Source: Octopus bimaculoides (taxonomy: Eukaryota). Taken from it: 64,000 nucleotides of DNA. Location: positions 107,667,948 to 107,731,947 of the forward strand of contig NC_068985.1 of the NCBI RefSeq assembly GCF_001194135.2, read 5' to 3'. The notes below the pieces were generated by a model. The model worked only from the letters and a program-made list of their open reading frames with translations, had not been told where the DNA came from and did not search any database. Below are positions 12,655 to 23,357 of the stretch, one piece after another. The stretch's first letter is position 1. Each line of letters opens with the position of its first letter. Position numbers and translations under genes: made by a program.

Positions 12655-12697
<43 letters not shown>

Positions 12698-12999
12698 TAT
12701 AATATACACCTACACATATACAAGAAACTGTATAAATATTACACATGCAATATACACAAAGTTACTCACAGACACACACACACACACGTAGACATATAGT
12801 ACATACAAACACAGAAATACACATGGGTACTCGTAGCTACAAAATATCGACGGAACATCTATTAAAACATTAAAAAATAAAATAGTGTGCTAAGGATTGA
12901 AAATAGATGAGGGTGGTAGAGGATGATATGTAAGGGGTGTGATGTGTCTGCACATGTATGTGGTGTAATGTGTGTATGTATATGACTGTGCTGTAGTGT

Positions 13000-14050
13000 G
13001 TATGTGTGGTGGGGTTGTATAATTCTTTGAGATGGATAAGTAGAAGTGATTCTGCTAAAATCACTCTCATCATCATCATAATCATCATCCTCATCGTTAC
13101 CCCCTCCCTGCTCCCCAGTTTCATCTTCTTCATCATTATTATTGTCACTGCTGCCAACAATAGCATTATCATTATTGGCTGCCATCATCAGCATTATAGT
13201 TATGATGATAATAATCGTCACTGTTAATGTGGTTTAAGGTACTGTTACTATTTTCATCATGGCCATTACCACCACCACCACCACCACCACCACCACTGTC
13301 ATCACCACCACCACCACCGCCTTCCTTACTATCAGATCATCATCACCACCACAATTATCATCACCATTACCACTTCCATCATCATCAGCATCATCACCCC
13401 TATCACCACCACTGCTGCCAATATCCTTATTACCATCACTAAGCACCCACCATCTGATTCCATAACCACAGTCACTATCAGCACCTTTATAATCATGATC
13501 ATCATGATCACCACCACAATCACCACCACCACCACCACCACCACCTTCATTTTATCACCACTGCAGTAACCACAATCATCATCATCATCATTGCCATCCC
13601 CATCAGCACCATCACCACTGCAATCATCATCATCTTCATCTTCACAATCGCTACCACCACCACCTCCACCACCACCACTGCTGCTGCTGCTGGGTAATCA
13701 ATCAGTGAAAAGATTTTACAAGAGAAATGCTTTCTTTGCTGACAGGAAGATGCTAAAACACCTGAACTGTCAAGTAACAACTGCAACAGTAACAATAGTG
13801 TGGAGAGTGGTGGTGGTGGTGGTGGTGGTGGTGGTGGTTTTGGTGGTGGATATTGGGAGTGATGGGTGTGTTTTCTTTTCATCTCACTATGGTGCACCAT
13901 GAATAAAATACAATGATGATGATGATGAGGGTGGTAGAAGATAGAGGTGAGAGTAGTGGCAGCGGTGGTGCTGCTACTGCCGTTGGCAGTGGTGGTAGTA
14001 TGGTAGAGGTGTTAGCGTTCCTTTTTGTTACACTGTGGTGCACCATGCAT
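13000..14050. repeat. Trinucleotide microsatellite/low-complexity field (CAT, CAC, GGT)
   Basis: Long runs of (CAC)n, (CAT)n and (GGT)n, which explain the poly-H/P/T/V ORFs. Similar fields at 9220-9370, 23130-23830, 33990-35020, 61160-62020 and 63600-63780. Confidence 0.9.
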
Positions 14051-14364
14051 TGACACAGTATGGTGCAGTGTGAACTGCACAGTTTGAATAGCACCACTAG
14101 TGACATCGGTAGTGGCAGAATGATATTGTGTTGTGGTATTTGTTTCAGCTCTGTGCATACTAGGGTTCGAACCTGACTGAAGTCAGCTTCGTTTTCCGTT
14201 GTTTTAGGGGCTGAGAAATAAACTGGTTGCCAATACAGAAAAGTGAATTGGTAGGATGGCTAAAGCAATGGGTGGCCTATCTTGTGGTAGGTATCTATTC
14301 AAGCACTCAATGTTCTGAGTTCAAATTTCAACTAGGGGATTCAATTCCTGCTAAGGGTCAAGGC

Positions 14365-14911
14365 CAGGCCTGGCCAACTTGAATTGCATTGCAGGCCACT
14401 TTAACCCTTTTGTTACCCTATTTCTGTTGAGATGCTCTGTGTTTCTTTCAATTAATTTTAAATATAACAAAGAAATAGTAAAATAATTTAGTTTATCATT
14501 AAGCTAGTATTAGGAACATAAATTGTGACTAAGGTTCGGTGGACGATTTTAATTCAGAACTTATGAAAACAAGACATTTATACTACAGAGCTAGAGGCGG
14601 TTTGGTATCAAAAGGGTTAATCACAGAAAGTTTTTTGAGGGCCACTTGTATACTGACAGAATTGAAAGCATTTTTGTTTTCTCATGCTATTATTACAATA
14701 ATGAATGGGTGATTGTTGAGTCAACATGAAATATCGTTGCAAAAACAGTGGTATCTTTCTTCTTTACTTTTCATTACAATCTTTAATTTTTGATAAAATT
14801 TTTTTTTAAATGTTTGTTTAAATAAACCCATTTCAAGAAAGTATCAAGTGAACTGCAAGATAAAGGTCAGCAGGCCGCATGCAGCCTGCAGGCCTTGGGT
14901 TGGTCAGCCTT
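14365..14911. mobile_element. Old hAT-like non-autonomous element hosting a nested piggyBac-like MITE
   Basis: Left end CAGGCCTGGCCAAC...GCAGGCCAC; right end GCAGGCCGCATGCAGCCTGCAGGCC-TTGGGTTGGTCAGCCT is a degenerate inverted match. No clear TSD. Confidence 0.5.
14405..14616. mobile_element. piggyBac-like MITE, 212 bp
   Basis: TTAA at 14401-14404 and 14617-14620; TIR CCCTTTTGTTACC versus reverse complement CCCTTTTGATACC (12/13). Confidence 0.85.
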
Positions 14912-15418
14912 TGTTATGGTTAATTATCTGATCATGGGACCATAATAAATTATGAAAGTTATATAATAAATTATAAATTATGATAGATGGAGGAAAAGTG
15001 TGGTTCTCTGGTACTGCAGTTGAATGCTGATGTGGTTGTGGTGGTGAAGATGATGATGATGATGATAGTGGTGGTGGTAGTTGTAATAATTATGATGGTA
15101 GTAGTGGTGTGTAGGTGATGGTCAAAATGATAATGACATTAGTAAGAATTAGGATGCTAGCGATGACTAGTTACAATCAAGGAGATGATAGTGATGATGA
15201 TGATCTTGATGTTATGGTAGTGACAATAAGGGGTCATGGTAAAGGGAATGATGATAAAAATGATGATGATGTGGAAGAGGAGGAGAGAATTACAAAGGAT
15301 ATAGTAAAGTAAGTAGATGATCTTAATCCACACCATGAGGTCTCAGGAGTATTATCTCTAACTAAGAAAATAAAAGCCCAAAAGAGCTAGAAAGAAGGTA
15401 TGTATATATATCTCTTAC

Positions 15419-15470
15419 CTGACAATTAAGTAAACATCAGAACTTACCTGAAAAGAAACAAAAAAAAAAA
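15419..15470 (-). promoter_or_regulatory. Candidate recursive splice site (AG|GTAAGT behind a 20-nt pyrimidine tract) with a second donor 29 nt downstream
   Basis: Minus strand reads TTTTTTTTTTTGTTTCTTTTCAG|GTAAGTTCTGATGTTTACTTAATTGTCAG|GTAAGA; junctions at 15448/15447 and 15419/15418. Confidence 0.45.
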
Positions 15471-16675
15471 GGTGAAACATCAAAAATGTATAATACTTGA
15501 AAAAGTTTATAACATTATTCAAAGTTGAAACATTTTATCATTATTATTTATATTAATATGCTAAGGCCAAATGTGTGACACTGTGATGGTGTTAGTTGAA
15601 GGGAGACGTAAAAACGAGAGAAGGTGAGAAGAGTGCCAGCAGTGAGAGATAGAAGAAAGGGATTGTTACTACGTTTTGTAGTTGGATAGTTAGTTGACGA
15701 GAGATGGGGAGAACATATTTAAAGCAGATGGATGTGGTATAGCTGAAAAGAGAGAGAAAGAGAGTGAGAGAGAATTAGTATTTTTACAGAACGGAAGACC
15801 GGAGTGGAAAATACTATAACAGTTAACATGCATACACATATGTTATGATACATCAGTACATTTCAAATAACACACCTATTGTAGGTACATGATTTTAAAC
15901 ATTTAACAAAACAATACCGTGACAGACAATAAAAATAAGATTTTGGTTGCTGTTACAGGATTTCTCTATCTAAATGGATAAAGAAATGTATGTTTTTCTG
16001 AATCATTAATTTATTAAGTAAAGGTTTCTCTTGTGAATAACCAAGGAACAAAACACCATATAGAGTTATAGAAACTTCAAAAAAAATTTTCAAATCAGGA
16101 ATTTCAAATAACAGCTGAATCAATTATTTTATTTTTGACAGAATAAATCTGGCTTTGCTTGAAAGATGGTCACATAAGGAGAAAAAGAAAAAAAAAAAAG
16201 AATTATTTATCAACACTAAAAATTTCATAAACAATAGCCACCATACTTACTTTTCTGTTTCATATATATAATACTAAATACATGAAAATATCACATTTTC
16301 GCACGAGTTGATGAATATATGATGTTGTCTGCATATGACAATACAATAAATGCATATGCAAAACATTTTCAAATAGCTTTTTGTATGCAATCAAATCATG
16401 ATGGCTACTCATATTTCAATAGGTTTAAAAATATTTTTGCTTATATATTATTACACTGCTTCTTTTCTTCAGTCATTTGAGTAATTGGTGACATGAAACT
16501 TAGAGCAACGATTTGATAAGCTTAAATTTCTCATAGGTGCAGGAGTGGCTGTGTTAAGTAGCTTGCTTACTAACCACATGGTTCCGGGTTCAGTCCAACT
16601 GTGTGGCACCTTGAGCAAGTGTCTTCTATAATCTCAGGCTCAGGCCAACCAAAGCCTTGTGAGTGTATTTGGTAG

Positions 16676-17212
16676 ATGGAAACTGAAAAAAGCCTGTTTA
16701 AGGATGGCATAAGGACTGCTATGAAGTCAATTGGAATGGCTCCAAAAGATATAGAAGTCCTCGCTTCAGATCGAGTTGGATGGCGAACAAGGGTGTGGAG
16801 TGGAGTGAAAGCATTTGAAGAGGCCAGGATGATGCAAGCAGGGCTCAAGAGACATTTAAGGAAAAAGGTGAAGACTGAGAAGGTGAATGACAAGGACCTT
16901 TTTGTGTGCACAGTCTGTGACAGACCATGTCTATCCTTGGCTGGCCTCAAATCTCACCTGCGAACCCATGGAAAACAAACCTCACCCAGCTATTCTGATT
17001 ATATGTCTGTGCACACGTTTGAATGTGGTGTGTGCCAGAGGGTTTGCAAATCCAATGGGGGTCTTAAAAGACATGTTAGGATCCACAATGAGCAGAACTT
17101 ACTTGCAGGTATTGGTAGTGCAAATCAGAGGTGCAATCTGTGTGGGTGTTTTTTCAAAACACTGTCTGGTTTAAAAAGCCACATCAGACGCCATGAAAGG
17201 GCTAAGGTGTAG
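16676..17212 (+). CDS. 178-aa chimeric ORF: SINE-derived start fused to an RTE ORF C-terminus with three C2H2 zinc fingers (expression unknown)
   Basis: FKD...LASDRVGWR...FEE.R...KR is the typical RTE post-RT tail. Three C-x2-C-x12-H-x3-H motifs: CTVC..HLRTH, CGVC..HVRIH, CNLC..HIRRH. No stops or frameshifts. Confidence 0.6.
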   Translation: METEKSLFKDGIRTAMKSIGMAPKDIEVLASDRVGWRTRVWSGVKAFEEARMMQAGLKRHLRKKVKTEKVNDKDLFVCTVCDRPCLSLAGLKSHLRTHGKQTSPSYSDYMSVHTFECGVCQRVCKSNGGLKRHVRIHNEQNLLAGIGSANQRCNLCGCFFKTLSGLKSHIRRHERAKV

Positions 17213-17256
17213 GTGCAGGAGGTGGTCAAACTCTGTTTAAGGAGTAGACAACCACC
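16697..17256 (+). mobile_element. 5'-truncated RTE-clade LINE 3' end with triple C2H2 finger and terminal stem-loop
   Basis: Protein motifs as for the 178-aa ORF; the 3' UTR ends in the hairpin GGTGGT..CTC..GAG..ACCACC (17221-17256) followed by an AT-rich tail. Confidence 0.8.
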
Positions 17257-17626
17257 ATATATGTAGATATATGTGTTTGTGTGTCTGTGTTTGTCCCCAC
17301 CAACATCGCTTGAGAACTGATGCTGGTGTGTTTATGTCCCTGTCACTTAGCAGTTTGGCAAAAGAGACCAATAGAATAAGTATTAGACTTACAATGAATA
17401 AGTCTTGGGGTCGATTTGCTCGACTAAAAGCAGTGCTCCAGCATGGCCGCAGTCAAATGACTGAGACAAAAGAATAAAAAGAAATAATAAAATATACAAA
17501 ATCTTCATTATACATTAAGTAATTCTATTTGTCACTAAACATAAATGTTCAATGATCTTCCTCATACATATATATATATGTATATATACACACACATACA
17601 CACACTCACATTTATGTATGTACATA

Positions 17627-17860
17627 CAGGGGTGGCCAAAAGTTACCCAACAGTAAAGCAAAACCATTTAATTCCAAGATTTATTTATGTTTAGCAACAG
17701 AATGAATTCAATAAAAGCATCTACATATGAAACACCATGAAAATTGTTCAAACTGAAGTCCTTCTTGAGTGACACATTTTTTCCATCCGAGTCCATACAG
17801 AATTACAGAGAGTATTTATGGAATTTTGATTTACTGTCTGGTAACTTTTGGCCAATCCTG
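17627..17860. mobile_element. Tc1/mariner-type MITE, 234 bp
   Basis: TA at 17625-17626 and 17861-17862; 31-bp TIR CAGGGGTGGCCAAAAGTTACCCAACAGTAAA versus CAGGATTGGCCAAAAGTTACCAGACAGTAAA (27/31). Confidence 0.9.
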
Positions 17861-17890
17861 TATGCACATACATACATCCACATATATATG

Positions 17891-18437
17891 ATAGCCATTT
17901 CCTTGTTCTTGAGTATGGCTATTGCTTGAAGCACTTCAGCATTGGTTTCATATGGGAGGAGCATGGGAATGGCTTTTTCAGGCCAGTAAGTGACCACAGA
18001 TGTTATGTATATGGTTATCTCCAACAACATGAGCCACTCGCAGTTTCATGTTACATTTTAAGCCCACAGCTGATAGGTAAATCTCGCTGCATTCAAGGCA
18101 TATTTTTATGCTGTGTATGGTGACATCCAAGTCAACTCTTAAGTAAATTACGTTTTTTGTGACTTTTAAGTGCTGTACTGCTAAAACAGACTCTCCCACA
18201 TTCTTCACATGTCAGCTCACTCAGGTCACCCACATTTCCGAGAAATATCACGTCCATACCCTTTCTGGAATTCCACTTCAACTTCTTATGGTTTCTTCAA
18301 GCTATTTCAAAGTTCTCACTTCTGCCGTATACTGCTTCCTTCCATCTTGCCTTGTCAGTTGCAATTTCTTCCCATTTATTTTTCAAGATGTTAGCTTTCT
18401 TCAACGATATTTTATGCAGTCCTTGAACTTCAGTTTA
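17891..18437 (-). pseudogene. Decayed 3' end of a second RTE family with C2H2 fingers
   Basis: Manual translation with frameshifts: KLKFKDCIK/ISLKKANILKNKWEEIATDKARWKEAVYG..FEIA*..LTCEECGRVCFSSTALKSH, then KICLECSEIYLSAVGLKCN and a third remnant ICGH..GLKSHSH; terminal hairpin ATAGCCAT/ATGGCTAT at 17891-17922. Confidence 0.75.
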
Positions 18438-19257
18438 CATACATAATATATACATACATATACACACACACATATATACACACAAGCTAATATTGAACAG
18501 TGAGAATGAATGCTCAACACTGCATTGGCAAATAAATATTCTTTATTTATAGATAAACAAGGCTACCATTGGTTTCATATTGAGAAAATGTTTCATATAC
18601 ATGCATCTATATATACACATATATACGTTATATATATATATATACACACATATATAAAAATACCTACACACACCACATGTATACACAGATATATATATAT
18701 ATATATATAAGCAATGTTAATTCTCTAAATGAAGGACACAGTAGTGTGTCGATAAGCCAGCTGGAGGAGATGTCCTCCTGGGGCTAAAAGCAATAGTAAC
18801 ATCCACCCCTAGGGGTCAGCCACACTAAAGTGGCAATATACTACACTTTATATATATATATATATATACACACATATATTTATACACACACAGACATATA
18901 TATATATATATGCATATATATATATATATATANNNNNNNNNNNNNNNNNNNNNNNNNNNNNNNNNNNNNNNNNNNNNNNNNNNNNNNNNNNNNNNNNNNN
19001 NNNNNNNNNNNNNNNNNNNNNNNNNNNNNNNNNNNNNNNNNNNNNNNNNNNNNNNNNNNNNNNNNNNNNNNNNNNNNNNNNNNNNNNNNNNNNNNNNNNN
19101 NNNNNNNNNNNNNNNNNNNNNNNNNNNNNNNNNNNNNNNNNNNNNNNNNNNNNNNNNNNNNNNNNNNNNNNNNNNNNNNNNNNNNNNNNNNNNNNNNNNN
19201 NNNNNNNNNNNNNNNNNNNNNNNNNNNNNNNNNNNNNNNNNNNNNNNNNNNNNNNNN

Positions 19258-19332
<75 letters not shown>

Positions 19333-19468
19333 GTGTGTATCCATATATACAAAAGAAGACAGCCTCTCATACATGCAGAGACATTCATTCCTTTACACAC
19401 AAAGAAGCATTCACATAGACATTCAGTTACATGAAATGTATAGACGTCTATAACCAAACACACTCACA

Positions 19469-19502
<34 letters not shown>

Positions 19503-20104
19503 GAGGCAAAGTTTAGAAACATGAGGGTATGAAAGTAAGAACCTTAGCTGAGCGATATATAACATATGCATGTACTCACACGCACACACACACACATACT
19601 ACACTCACACACATTTACACATATACATCAATATACCCTTTGTACCTCTCCCTTGACATGCTGTGACTCATAACTTAGCATCACTGGTTTCCTTGGAGAT
19701 TATGGAATACAAACATCACCACCAGTACTGATGGCACACCTTACACCACCGCCACCATTACCATACATCATCACCACCACCACCACCACCAATCCCACCA
19801 TTACCATACATCACCACGCTACCTCTGTTATCTCTGTTGCATTATCACAACATCACCTTCACCAGTGTGAATGGCACATCGTATCCTGTTATCACTAACC
19901 CTATCCTATACCAGGACCATACCGCATTACGCTACATCAACATCACACCCTAATATCCCCACACCAGACTATACCAACACCGCAACTACCACCACCACCA
20001 CCACCATCACATCACACAACACTACATCAACATCATACCATATTGAGACTGCACTATACAATATCACCACCGACACCACTCAATATAAACTTCTTATAAG
20101 ATGG

Positions 20105-20530
20105 TAAGCTGGCAGAATCGTTGGGAAGCTGGGTAAAAGTTTTAGCAGCATTTTGTCTGCCTATGTTCTGAGTTCAAATTCTGTCAAAGTCGACTTTGCC
20201 TTTCATCCTTTCAGGGTTGCTAAAATAACTATCAACTGAACAATTGGGTTGATGTAATTAACTTAACCCACTCTCCTGAAATTGCAGGCCTTGTGCCAAA
20301 ATCTGAAATCAATATTAACTTCATATTAGGGAGTGAGTTGGAAGAATTGTTAGCAGGCCAGGTAAAATGCTTAGCGGCATTTCGTCCGTCTTTATGTTCT
20401 GAGTTCAAATTCCACTAATGCCTTTCACCCTTTTGGGGTCAATAAAATAAGTACCAATGGCATTGATGTAATCTACTCACTCACTTTCCTAAAATTGCTG
20501 GCCTTGTGCCAAAATTTAAAACCGATAGTA
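20105..20530 (+). mobile_element. Two tandem SINE family C copies
   Basis: GCTGGCAGAATCG...GTTCTGAGTTCAAATTC...GGCCTTGTGCCAAAAT occurs twice (ending near 20310 and 20525). Confidence 0.8.
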
Positions 20531-21279
20531 ATTTCATATCCACATCACACCGTATTTACAAAATGCTACACCATATCTAGCCAACAAGAGAGCTTCTATG
20601 TAATCACTCAAGCTGCTAGAAATAACAGCCAAATCTTCTTTGAATTACACTTGACCATCTTAGGAAGAACAGGCTGCATAATGTGATTCCATATTCTTTT
20701 TACACAAGAAAAATCAGGATGGTCATAGCTGGAACACTTTTGTAGTGTCTTAGGCCAAAAAAATTTTAACTTCTTGCATAGTTCGAGCCCACACCAATAT
20801 CATATCTCCTCCACTATTTCAGTATTATGTGTCAAAAGTGAAACAATAACATGTCACTACTGTAATGTCAGATACTTTCACTTTAATACTTTCAATTTCA
20901 TACTGAAACTATTAAAGTGAAAATATACTCTCACATATATACAGGCATACTATAAGACCCAAGTTAAAAACATTCCCAACAATTCAACTTCTCTGGTTGA
21001 CATTAACACACCCACACCAATAGGGGCCTTTATTCCCACATTTTAGAGCTCCATGAGCTCCATTTTTCAGGAGCAAAATCCTTTTTACAGGTTCCAGAAG
21101 ACTGGAATTTTGCAATATGTGCATAAAGATCAATAGTATGGGATACAGGTGTCATTATTAGAATTTTTTTACAGTGTGTAAAGAGGGAAAGAACCCTCAT
21201 GTGCAATTTAGATGAAATTCGAATCATAGGTGTTCCAGTTCCTTACAGAAAACATAACAGAAAAGTCTCATTCTTCAAT

Positions 21280-21316
21280 TGCATGTAACATGGGCAATGC
21301 CGGGTATCTCTGCTAG
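21280..21316 (+). mobile_element. Helitron-like 3' terminus (5' boundary not determined)
   Basis: GGGCAATGCCGGGTATCTCTG-CTAG|T: GC-rich hairpin (GGCA/TGCC) about 12 nt upstream of CTAG followed by T, the canonical Helitron 3' end. Confidence 0.55.
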
Positions 21317-21323
21317 TATATAT

Positions 21324-22603
21324 ATCATCATCATCATCATCGTTTAACGTCCGCTTTCCACGCTAGCATGGGTTGGACAATTTGACTGAGGACTGGTGAA
21401 ATCGGATGGCAACACCAGGCTCCAATCTAAATTTGGCAGAGTTTCTACAGCTGGATGCCCTTCCTAACGCCAACCACTCAGAGAGTGTAGTAGGTGCTTT
21501 TACATGTCACCCGCACGAAGGCCATGCAGGCGATACTGGCAACGGCCACGCTCGAAATGGTGTCTTTTATATGCCACCAGCACAAGCCAGTCCAGGGGCA
21601 CTGGCAACGATCTCGCTCGAAAATCCTACGAAGGCCAGTCAGGCGGTATTGGCAACGGCCACGCTCGAAATGGTGTCTTTAATGTGCCACCCGCACAAGC
21701 CNNNNNNNNNNNNNNNNNNNNNNNNNNNNNNNNNNNNNNNNNNNNNNNNNNNNNNNNNNNNNNNNNNNNNNNNNNNNNNNNNNNNNNNNNNNNNNNNNNN
21801 NNNNNNNNNNNNNNNNNNNNNNNNNNNNNNNNNNNNNNNNNNNNNNNNNNNNNNNNNNNNNNNNNNNNNNNNNNNNNNNNNNNNNNNNNNNNNNNNNNNN
21901 NNNNNNNNNNNNNNNNNNNNNNNNNNNNNNNNNNNNNNNNNNNNNNNNNNNNNNNNNNNNNNNNNNNNNNNNNNNNNNNNNNNNNNNNNNNNNNNNNNNN
22001 NNNNNNNNNNNNNNNNNNNNNNNNNNNNNNNNNNNNNNNNNNNNNNNNNNNNNNNNNNNNNNNNNNNNNNNNNNNNNNNNNNNNNNNNNNNNNNNNNNNN
22101 NNNNNNNNNNNNNNNNNNNNNNNNNNNNNNNNNNNNNNNNNNNNNNNNNNNNNNNNNNNNNNNNNNNNNNNNNNNNNNNNNNNNNNNNNNNNNNNNNNNN
22201 NNNNNNNNNNNNNNNNNNNNNNNNNNNNNNNNNNNNNNNNNNNNNNNNNNNNNNNNNNNNNNNNNNNNNNNNNNNNNNNNNNNNNNNNNNNNNNNNNNNN
22301 NNNNNNNNNNNNNNNNNNNNNNNNNNNNNNNNNNNNNNNNNNNNNNNNNNNNNNNNNNNNNNNNNNNNNNNNNNNNNNNNNNNNNNNNNNNNNNNNNNNN
22401 NNNNNNNNNNNNNNNNNNNNNNNNNNNNNNNNNNNNNNNNNNNNNNNNNNNNNNNNNNNNNNNNNNNNNNNNNNNNNNNNNNNNNNNNNNNNNNNNNNNN
22501 NNNNNNNNNNNNNNNNNNTAGAAGTTGTTTCCTGTTTGTTTACAGTGTTTATTGCACCTGAACATCTGCCACATACAAAAACTAACTTCCTAGTTAACCT
22601 GCC

Positions 22604-22605
<2 letters not shown>
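21324..22605 (-). mobile_element. 5'-truncated RTE-clade LINE spanning an assembly gap
   Basis: 21324-21701 is the same 3' UTR as 12121-12510; 22520-22605 encodes GRLTRKLVFVCGRCSGAINT, the same PHD/RT segment seen near 40980; spacing fits a single copy. Confidence 0.75.
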
Positions 22606-22664
<59 letters not shown>

Positions 22665-22890
22665 CAAATAATATGTGAGTATATGCATATATACGTACAT
22701 GTATGTACATACCTACATCTACATGTATATATAGATGCATATCTGGGTACAGGACGTCACAAGAAAGCATGGGCAAAATGAGAAACAGAACAGATGTTAC
22801 CTAAAGGTGCAGATGCAGTTGCTGTCTTGTTGGCAAACAATGAAACTCCTTTTCAACAAGTTGTAGTGCACTTGAACACAATACAATAAG

Positions 22891-22926
<36 letters not shown>

Positions 22927-23321
22927 GTAAGAGAAATCTTGGAATTGTTTACAGAGAAAAAGTTGTAACTTTCAGATTGAACTTGCTTAGTTTATATTAT
23001 TGAATGAACAAATTAGAATGTAACAGATTGCCAAGAAAAATAGTAAAAATATATTGAAATGAATTAGAGAAGGAAATCAATAAATTTGCTGAGAATTATA
23101 CTGGATAACATTGAATAAAGGAAATGAATTGATGATGGTGATGATGATGATAATGATGGTGGTGGTGTTGATGATCGAAGTGGTGATGGTGGCAGTGGGG
23201 AGGTGGTTGATGTGGGTGGGTGGATAAAGGGTGATGTAAGTAGTAGCGCTTCTGATGGTAGTGGTGGTGGTAGTGGCGATGATGGTGGTGGCCTTAATGA
23301 TCAAAGTGGTAATTGCAGTAA

Positions 23322-23357
<36 letters not shown>

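Larger units (their letters stand above)
16536..17490 (+). mobile_element. SINE family B interrupted at ~16697-17256 by an RTE 3' fragment
   Basis: Family B head runs from 16536 to GGAAACTGAAAAAAGCCTGT; it resumes at 17257 with ATATATGTAGATATATGTGTTTGTGTGTCTGTG and the family B 3' half and tail. Confidence 0.85.

Noticed and set aside
12206-12702. GC-rich ORFs at 12206-12702 and 21406-21700
   Set aside because: Antisense readings of the tandemly repeated RTE 3' UTR; they recur wherever the repeat recurs.
16694-17243. 11-bp direct repeat CTGTTTAAGGA flanking the zinc-finger ORF as a TSD
   Set aside because: The first copy straddles the SINE/LINE junction and includes the FKD codons; the second is the loop of the 3' UTR hairpin, inside the element. 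Probably coincidental.
22790-22890. Short plus-strand frame MLPKGADAVAVLLANNETPFQQVVVHLNTIQ
   Set aside because: About 31 codons, bounded by stops, with no splice or homology evidence.
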